Source: Cyanidioschyzon merolae (lineage: Eukaryota). Taken from it: a stretch of 64,000 nt of DNA. Below, in pieces: positions 56,566 to 64,000 of the stretch. Numbering within the stretch: position 1 is the first letter of the stretch; the number at the start of each line of letters is the position of its first letter. The notes beneath the pieces were generated by a model, which was not told the DNA's origin, made no database searches, and saw nothing but the letters and a program-made list of their open reading frames with translations. The stretch lies in NCBI GenBank assembly GCA_000091205.1, contig AP006492.2; one strand, written 5' to 3'. Position numbers and translations under genes: made by a program.

Positions 56566-57498
56566 CGCCCGCATGAGTGCCGACCCGACGAGTGCGTACC
56601 TCACAGGGCTCGCGCGTCCAAGCGAGTCTCATACAAGACCGGCCGCTCGACGATCCGTCGGCAGCATTGACGTCCCCTGACTCAGCCAACATGAACGCAC
56701 TTTCACCAGAATAAGCTTTGATGCATCCAGTAGCAGAGGCAGAAGGCTAGTGGTATCGACACTCTGCCACAGAAAAACTGATAATTCGCCATACCGAGTC
56801 GATGAGCAATTCGAACGTATGGACAAGAGCCTCGAGACGCAATGCAGCTTTGCAGAAACGACGTGTATGCTGTACAGCGCGGCATCCTGCCAGGAAGCGC
56901 CGTACGCGTCAGGCGCTCGTCATGCGCCCCAGCGGCGCCCAGGGATAGCCACGAGGCCGCGGCATCGCCGATGCCAATCGATCGTCTGTCGCCCGCAAGG
57001 CACTGCACAAACGCGGAGCACGGAGCGTATGCCCCGCGATCAGTTGCCGTTCAGCAGCAGGCCAAAGCAGGCAACAGCGGCTCTTCTGCTTGCAGCCCGC
57101 ATGGTGACAGCATACCGTCGATGATCCCGGAGTCGTCGATCCAGCGCAACGTGTCGAAGCAGTAGCAGGAGCAGGAGCAGCAGCAGCAGCAGCAGCCACG
57201 CATGCTCTAGCACCCAAGTCGCTCGCATCGTGACAGAATACAGCTTTTATAAAGCTCCATGGCATTTATCCTATTGCCAGCGAGTAGCATGCTCCCGCAC
57301 TGACCATTGGATACGCATCACGATCGACACTGGCACCCTGAACTGGTCACGATAGCACCTCTAGAGGAGCATGTAGCGCCAGGCTGCTGCACGCGGGCTG
57401 GCGGCTGGCATGCGCATTGAATCCCTGGGGGGGCGCGCGTCGCCCCGCGTGGCTCGACGCTATCCTTCGCGTTACCGCGTGGTGCCGTTGCTCTTGCC

Positions 57499-58665
57499 AT
57501 GTCGGCAGAAGGCGGAGCCAGCGAGTCCAAATCTGTTGACAGAGCAGACGAAGACGTTGTCATGCCGGGTGATGTCCAGCAACGAACGCCTATGGAAACC
57601 AGTTCTTCACGAGAACCCGAACAGGCGTCTCCGCCAAGTCCCGCGAGGCGCGACAGCGACGCCGGCGCCCACTCTAGCGTGACGCCAACGGTGCCGTTGC
57701 ACGCTGAGGAGCGCACGTCACCTCGACAGGACCAAACTGGTGCAGGAACCGATGCGACTGCGATTGCAAGCACGGCACCAAGTCCCGGGGGAGCGAATGC
57801 GTCCGGGTTGCCGGATCCTCAAGAACTGGAGCTTGCCGCAGCACGCAAGAGAAGACGACAGTGGTTGTACAGCCAGGAGCGCAATGACCCTGAGGAGGCT
57901 TTCCAGCGTGAGCGTCCGTTCTTGCAGCACGTTCCGCTTGCGGCAACGGCGGCTGGCGCAACGGAATCGGTACCCGAAGCACTCCTGTGCCAGTTACGAC
58001 GTAATCCATACGGAGACTCGCGGGCGTCGGCGTTAGCCTATACCTTGGGCCTGGGCGGGCGTTTACTCCTTCACTCTACTGCGCTTTATTGTCGTCGAAT
58101 GACAGGAATGTGGGGCGAATCCCCAAAGGGTCGATGTATTCAGCGAGTCTGCGCTCGCAAAATCGACGCAGAAACTGGAACAGTTCTCTACTGGTGCGGC
58201 ATCCGTGCGAACGAGGACGCGGGAGACTCCACGAACACCGATTCCGTGACCTGGCGATGGCTGCGTCGTCGAACGCTCGCGCGACTCGCTCCGGAAAAGT
58301 TGCTGGACTTTGACCGTCGACACCCGGAGACACCGCACATTGCGCGCCTCGAGACACTCAAGCAGCAAGGCAAGGTCCGCTACACGCGGGAGGCGCTCGA
58401 CCCCTGCCTTGTTCGTTTGCAAATAGCGCACGGGCGCCTGAATCTGGATATTTATGCGAGCCATGTCGAAATTACGCTACCGGACACGCACTTGCGTCCA
58501 TACCGTCCGACGTTACATCTGGCGGGCAAAGTTTGCGCGCTGCCGTCAACAGACTCGAGCGCTTTATCGTCTTTGATGACGGAACCAGCGTCCCGATTCT
58601 ACGCTCGATTGCGACACTCGCTTGCAAAGTCGCTTGGAAACGGGGCAGATGACTCGCACCCGTAG
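57499..58665 (+). CDS. Hypothetical protein (388 aa) with a Ser/Pro/Thr-rich N-terminus
   Basis: ATG-initiated ORF in a gap between annotated genes; no motif recognised. Confidence 0.25.
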   Translation: MSAEGGASESKSVDRADEDVVMPGDVQQRTPMETSSSREPEQASPPSPARRDSDAGAHSSVTPTVPLHAEERTSPRQDQTGAGTDATAIASTAPSPGGANASGLPDPQELELAAARKRRRQWLYSQERNDPEEAFQRERPFLQHVPLAATAAGATESVPEALLCQLRRNPYGDSRASALAYTLGLGGRLLLHSTALYCRRMTGMWGESPKGRCIQRVCARKIDAETGTVLYWCGIRANEDAGDSTNTDSVTWRWLRRRTLARLAPEKLLDFDRRHPETPHIARLETLKQQGKVRYTREALDPCLVRLQIAHGRLNLDIYASHVEITLPDTHLRPYRPTLHLAGKVCALPSTDSSALSSLMTEPASRFYARLRHSLAKSLGNGADDSHP

Positions 58666-58940
58666 ACTGCACCGTACGACGTATGAACTGTTGGACGCTG
58701 CTTAGGCTTGATCGCCACCGCAGCGGACCATGCACTCGCATTCGTGGCGTTTTGTTGCTATCGTTGCTGGTGCTCCATATACCACTCTTCTACACCTATC
58801 ATTACTGAGAGGCTGGACATGATTCGGCGCTGCGAGTGTTCTTCGGAGGCGTGATTTCACGCCCTCGTGCAGTTGCTTGCATACCAGCATGCCTGTTGGA
58901 CTTGGCTGTGCGACTGTCCATGAGACGGATCATAGGCTCT

Positions 58941-61328
58941 TTACGTCGGGGTATCTAGTGCGGGATTGGTGCTATTCGCGTCAGCGATCGGCGCGGCCTC
59001 GTTGACGCACACGGGCAAGGGGACTGAAATCCCGGGCGAAGCATCGGCCGGTGTATCCGGCTGCGTCGCATCCGTCGTCTTGGCAACTTCAAAGCCGCCG
59101 CCATGTTGCGTACGGGGCACTGGCCCAGATACCGATCGTACGCCCGCTTCGGTAGTAGACGCAGGCAGTGCCCAGTTGAGCTGGTCGAGAACCCACGGCG
59201 CTAAAGTGAACTTTCCGCGATCTGCTTTGCGAAACGGGGACGACTCGCGCCGTCGCTTCATATTTCGATAAATTTGACTGCTAAAGGTATTGTGCGGCTC
59301 GGGCGAAACCGTGGGATTGAAACCCCGAGCCCGTGCAATCCGGAGAATCTCGCGGGCATCCATTTCGACTCGAGCAGGGAGCGCGGCTCGCGCTTTTGAC
59401 AATCTGTCGCGATCCTGATCAGAGACACCTTCGCCTTGGGTTTCCGCTCTGCTGCTGTATTCGACGACGCGTCGCCGACGCATCCATTCCGCTTCGCGCA
59501 GCACGAGAAACGCAGCTTGTAAAAAGCGGTTATTGGAGAGCCCTGCGGCCTCATCGTAGCCGGTGAGACCTCGCGTTCGCGTCCCTAGAACGTATCGCCT
59601 GCCGTCATCAAGCATCGTCATCACGAGGAGAGGCCCGGCTTCTTCCTCCTCGGGCCGTAACGGTGCCGCTGGCGGCAACGGCACCTGTCTCGCTGTCGAC
59701 GACGCTCTGCGTCTGGATGCTCGCGGCAACCTGGTGCCCGAAGCGGGCGTCGTCGACGTCCAAGTGAGCGGCCCCATAGCTACCCTCGGAGGCACCCATG
59801 GAGCGCCCTGTGCATTCAGCACAACCATATCCGGCTCAAGGAGGCGTGATGCCGGCTCCGGAAGCGGATGCTCGTGGACGCACTGCGCGCACGTGATGAT
59901 CCCGATGCGAAGGCCGGGCTCTAGGGCGTGTCGAATCGCGAACGGCTCATGACGCCTGCCGGCAGGTGCGTGCCGCGCACAGAAGCACCGTGTGCACATC
60001 TTACACAGGTATCCGTAGTCGGTGGGCTGATGGCCACACACGGAACACCCATGTTGATCACAGAGAAAGGGCGTCTCTGCATGTTCAGCAGCGCCCATAC
60101 AGGATGGATGGAAAGCGCGTCTGCAACTCGACAGGATGCAGAAGCGCATTTCGCCCGAGGCCTGCCCACAGATCCCACACGCCTGCAGCGACGTCATCCT
60201 GGGCTCTGCGGTGTTTCGCGGTTGCTGGCTTGTGCTCGTATCGTTCATAACCATTCTGGTCTGTTCGAATCGGGTCGTCTTGCTTTCGTTTGGGGATACG
60301 ACCACCAGGCGCCTATCGTTGCTGCGAAATCGAGAGGCGTGACCCTGATCGGAATCGGTATCCGCTTCGGTTTCGGTGGAGGAGTCATCCGCGGGTTTGG
60401 CGCGTGCCTCGGCGTCGCCCGGGCTCGGTGCGAAATGCACCGGGGCGGGTGCTGCCCTCAGCGGTTCCGTTACAGAGGCGCCAGACGGCTGCACGTCCAT
60501 GGCGGTTGCCGCTGCGGCTGTCGCCGGATGCCCAAAGGTCGGCAAACTCGTGCCGCTCGCAATGCAGGTAGCCAGTTGCGCAGATCGGATGGAAGACAGC
60601 CGTCTGCGCTGACTCGCTGCTGGAGAGCGTACCAAGTGAAATACTGGCCAGAGCCAGAGTGCAAGTGCACTCGCTTCGTTGCCGGATCCAGCGCCTGCTC
60701 CCATGGCCTCCAAAGACTGCGCATTCCGCAAAACCTCTTCCGGGAAAAGCCCGTCTAAAGGCGCTCCGCCCGCCGCTGACTCGAACGTCGCGCTCTTCGC
60801 TCCTTCCCTGCTGATCAAGAGACAGGCTCGCGGTATCAGCGTCCCCTGGAGGTCCATGAGGCACCAGTCCGAGACCGGTGTGCCGTAGACTCCGGAGAAC
60901 GCTCCGTCAGATTCGGTTGTGGGGCCAACAAAAAACCGCTGTGCTTCGTCCAAAAGTTGTCCCGCCGTCAGGCTACTGGTCACTCGAAACCGGCGAAACT
61001 GACCCTGGTAAATAACCCAAGCGAAAGCCGGACCAGCACTCGACGGCCGCGCCGCCTCTGCAGTTCGAGCTCGCTCAGCGTGCTCCAACCGCTGCTGCGG
61101 AGCGTCCTGTGAACCCAGAACATACGCTTGTGCCGGCAACGCGTGTGCGGTATCCCTGGTACTGCCCGCACGGAACACCACCTGAGCCTGGTCACACCCG
61201 ACTGAGGCAGGGCTCGCACAGGCTCCAGCCATCCTGCCTCTTGTGAGCCCTGGGCTCCTCATAAACGGCTCCTGGTACGTATCATGGCCTTGTACAGGCT
61301 CACTGGCGTTCTCGGAGGCACCGTCCAT
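58941..61328 (-). CDS. PHD-finger / Cys-rich zinc-finger protein (795 aa)
   Basis: CGICGQASGEMRFCILSSCRRAFHPSC fits a C4HC3 PHD-like pattern, followed by a second Cys/His cluster (CDQHGCSVCGH...CKMCTRCFCARH). ATG confirmed at 61326-61328. Low-complexity flanks. Confidence 0.5.
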   Translation of the reverse strand: MDGASENASEPVQGHDTYQEPFMRSPGLTRGRMAGACASPASVGCDQAQVVFRAGSTRDTAHALPAQAYVLGSQDAPQQRLEHAERARTAEAARPSSAGPAFAWVIYQGQFRRFRVTSSLTAGQLLDEAQRFFVGPTTESDGAFSGVYGTPVSDWCLMDLQGTLIPRACLLISREGAKSATFESAAGGAPLDGLFPEEVLRNAQSLEAMGAGAGSGNEASALALWLWPVFHLVRSPAASQRRRLSSIRSAQLATCIASGTSLPTFGHPATAAAATAMDVQPSGASVTEPLRAAPAPVHFAPSPGDAEARAKPADDSSTETEADTDSDQGHASRFRSNDRRLVVVSPNESKTTRFEQTRMVMNDTSTSQQPRNTAEPRMTSLQACGICGQASGEMRFCILSSCRRAFHPSCMGAAEHAETPFLCDQHGCSVCGHQPTDYGYLCKMCTRCFCARHAPAGRRHEPFAIRHALEPGLRIGIITCAQCVHEHPLPEPASRLLEPDMVVLNAQGAPWVPPRVAMGPLTWTSTTPASGTRLPRASRRRASSTARQVPLPPAAPLRPEEEEAGPLLVMTMLDDGRRYVLGTRTRGLTGYDEAAGLSNNRFLQAAFLVLREAEWMRRRRVVEYSSRAETQGEGVSDQDRDRLSKARAALPARVEMDAREILRIARARGFNPTVSPEPHNTFSSQIYRNMKRRRESSPFRKADRGKFTLAPWVLDQLNWALPASTTEAGVRSVSGPVPRTQHGGGFEVAKTTDATQPDTPADASPGISVPLPVCVNEAAPIADANSTNPALDTPT

Positions 61329-62226
61329 AGACCAGAACCTCCTGGTAACGAACGCCCCCTGATTCTTGTTCTAGTCGAACGCAAAACTTGTCATCAATGC
61401 GTTCAGGCGTGCGCCAGGACGCGCGCTGCTGCAGTGCATCGTGGCAGGCATCGGCGGCAGCTGCCCTGCGGGACGTTGGATGCGCTGTGCAGCGGCGCAA
61501 CGACGTGCGAGGCGGCGGCGGCGGCGGCGACGGCGCAAGTCGTCCCCGCCAGGAACGGGGTCACAGCATAGGTGTATAGCTGTCGGTGTCCATTGAGCAG
61601 TGGGATTAGAAGATAAACGTATTTACCCATGACAAGTGATAACGATGCGAATCCTTGTACTGTTCGGATATGCAGACACTAGCTGGAGGCACTTTCCGAC
61701 AGACGTTCTCTGTTAGCGTTGCGAAAATCGGAAGCTCGTCCCGAATCGATCCGTCGTAAGGCAGCAGAAGCAGCAGCAGCACTGAGCAGGTGTCCAAGAT
61801 CGCACGTGTCCAGCTCTGGATTCTCGCGTGGGCCTCGAAGGTAACGTCAACTCCGGCGAACAGGTTCCGTTTCCATCTGAAAAAGTCCCTTTTCGATGCT
61901 GTGGGTATATTGATGCACGCTTACGCGCTGCTCGTGTCCGTCCGAGGTATCCGGCGATACCGGAAGCGTGCCGTTCGCGACCACTGGGCCCAGCCTCGAC
62001 GTCTTTTGGAGCCTCATGATGCGTGCTCCATGACAGTACGGCTGGATCGGTTCACGTATCGTGTCGTGTACGAAGGACCTCCGGTCCGATTTTTCCCGGT
62101 CGTTGCGCACTCATGCCGCTGGGTTGTCCCCAAGCGTACAGAGCCTCGTGAATCGCGCCGGGCGTGCGTCCATCGAGCGATAGCCCCGCACCAAGTTGTT
62201 AGAGGCGGCGCTAACCGCACACGCAC

Positions 62227-62442
62227 CAGCACATCGACTAGCTGCTCGTCGGGAGGCATTTCATCGAGCAGGACGAGCACGCAGGTTCACGGATTCAGCA
62301 GCACATCGACTAGCTGCTAGTCGGGAGGCATTTCATCGAGCAGGACGAGCACGCAGGTTCACGGATTCAGCAGCACATCGACTAGCTGCTAGTCGGGAGG
62401 CATTTCATCGAGCAGGACGAGCATGCAGGTTCACGGATTCGT
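62227..62442. repeat. Tandem repeat, 3 copies of a 72-bp unit
   Basis: cagcacatcgactagctgct[a/c]gtcgggaggcatttcatcgagcaggacgagcacgcaggttcacggattcag, with units starting at 62227, 62299 and 62371. Confidence 0.85.
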
Positions 62443-63359
62443 TCACCTCGTCACTCGCGTAAGCCGAGCAAAGGTCCGCGTATCGAAACGTCAACACACG
62501 CGATACATGGTGGTGAAGGAGAAACGCGCTCCCCAGAATTCTTTCTAACTGCCAAGTGTCTCCAAGGCAACGTGGCGCGAGTGCAGGTCAGTGTACGCAG
62601 GCTGTCGGAGCATAAATCGATAACGATGAATACCGGTCCCGCATGGAATGAATCAAGTCGCATGCTGATGCCCTTCGCGGCATAGCAAAGCCGTTCTGCC
62701 TCCGTGGTGCACCTGCGCCAGCGCCACAGGCGCTATGGAGGGTGCTTATGAAAGACTCGACCCACCGTGGAACGTTCGACACGACCGTTTTCTCCAGACG
62801 GGTGCTTGGTAAATGCAACTTGGGGGTAGCGTCAAGCACGAGCAACGCTTTATCCAATCTCTATATTCTTTCGTGCCTTCGCAGGCATCTCCAGTCTGTG
62901 TAAAAAACCCCTCTGTCCATCGAGAGAAATCATCGACGCCAGCGCATGATGCCGCTGCGCGCGCGCTGCACCGCACCGCACGGGACCATCGCCAGTCCAT
63001 GCATTTCGTCTGAGATAGCCAGCGGCGATTCCCGTTCCGGAACGTGTAACGTGATTTGTTCAGTGTGAGACAAATACAGCTTCGTACGCAGCTTGCATTC
63101 GTCTTTGGAACGGAACATGGATCCTAACAGGAAGAAACTGTGCTGTTTTTTGGGATTATTTTTGCCAGCAGGCAAGCTGCTAACCAAAAGAAAGCAACGG
63201 AAACGTGAGAGTAGCGCTTTCGCGGGGAGGTGCTCGCCTGCGCTGACGCTCTGCGCAGTCACGACGTCAGAACAGACGCCGAAGCCTGTACAGTCAACGG
63301 CTGCTGAAGACTCCGCGGAAAGCGAGCTGCAGCTGCAGCTTCTGGGTCCGTTGCGTAGG

Positions 63360-64000
63360 CGCTCGCTATGGGAGCGCGTCGACCACTACCGTCAGCAGGT
63401 GGCCGCGGAAACCCCAAGTCTACCCTCAACCCGGAACGCCCTGTTGAGCAACTTTGTTCCACGGAACAAAGCTGCTGCTGAAGAGGGTCTTGGTCTCGAG
63501 TGGGACGAGGCTATCGAGGAACTGGCCTGCGGTGCACCGGCGACGATATGCCCTGTGATTCGCTTCACCTGTCGCCGAGGACACGTGGTTTCAGTGGCAG
63601 CGAATAGCAAGCTCGCTTCCCGGGGTGAATGCCCTGTTTGTCAGTATGCGGCGCGCTGCGGACGGGCGTCGTCTTTGAGGGAGTATCGACCTCTGCAAAG
63701 CAAGCGCTTTGAGCGCTACACGCTCGACATGCTCAAGGCTGCTGCAATGGAACGCGGCGGCGAGCTCCTCTCCACCGAATACGTCAATGCACGTCGGAAG
63801 CTGCTCTGGCGCTGTGGACAGTGTAAGCACGAGTGGTTCGCTACGACGGACAATATTTTGAGACTCGGTTCGTGGTGTCCAAAGTGCGCTCGCCGCCAGG
63901 GCCGTAATCGGGTAACGCTTGCAGATATGCAGGCCATTGCGGATATGCATGGTGGAGTGTGTCTGTCGAAAGAGTATCGGGGTGCCATGGTTCCACTACA
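63360..64000 (+). CDS. Partial ORF (runs off the window end) with tandem treble-clef / zinc-ribbon-like repeats (W-x-C-x2-(C/G)H-x-W ... CP-x-C)
   Basis: Open frame from the stop at 63357-63359 to the window end, with no in-frame ATG before the domain. Repeat 1 is ICPVIRFTCRRGHVVSVAANSKLASRGECPVCQ. Repeat 2 is KLLWRCGQCKHEWFATTDNILRLGSWCPKC. This layout recalls the probable zinc-ribbon repeat family (DUF4379-like) of giant viruses and some protists. It is absent from the ORF track because it is unterminated. Confidence 0.4.

Noticed and set aside
55752-56604. 274-aa and 237-aa ORFs spanning the 114-bp minisatellite
   Set aside because: Open frames in all six frames are produced by the in-phase tandem repeat, not by coding.

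Overview
GC-rich (~58%) window that reads as eukaryotic nuclear DNA, not a prokaryotic operon. It carries long, apparently intron-free ORFs with clear eukaryotic homologies. The genes are spread on both strands and separated by long non-coding stretches that hold tandem repeats and transposon relics. Several products are plastid-type (Tic22-like, ATS1-type GPAT with a transit-peptide-like N-terminus, and an aspartate kinase with a long N-terminal extension), so the source is probably an intron-poor, GC-rich alga; I could not pin the taxon. Three things stand out. First, a complete bacterial-type mercuric reductase (merA core, about 65-70% identical by eye to Tn501/Tn21 MerA from recalled sequence) sits between eukaryotic genes and is followed by a perfect 24-bp inverted repeat. 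Second, at least four diverged copies of a ~1.3-1.5 kb repeat encode stop-riddled remnants of a TnpB/Fanzor-like RuvC nuclease. Third, the element copy at ~37.5 kb abuts the start of a PlsC-like gene whose 3' end is frameshifted by a perfect 37-bp tandem duplication. The ORF track accepts GTG and TTG as starts, so several listed ORF starts are not ATG; I re-derived ATG starts where I could. All similarity statements come from reading the sequence and from recalled motifs. No database search was run.
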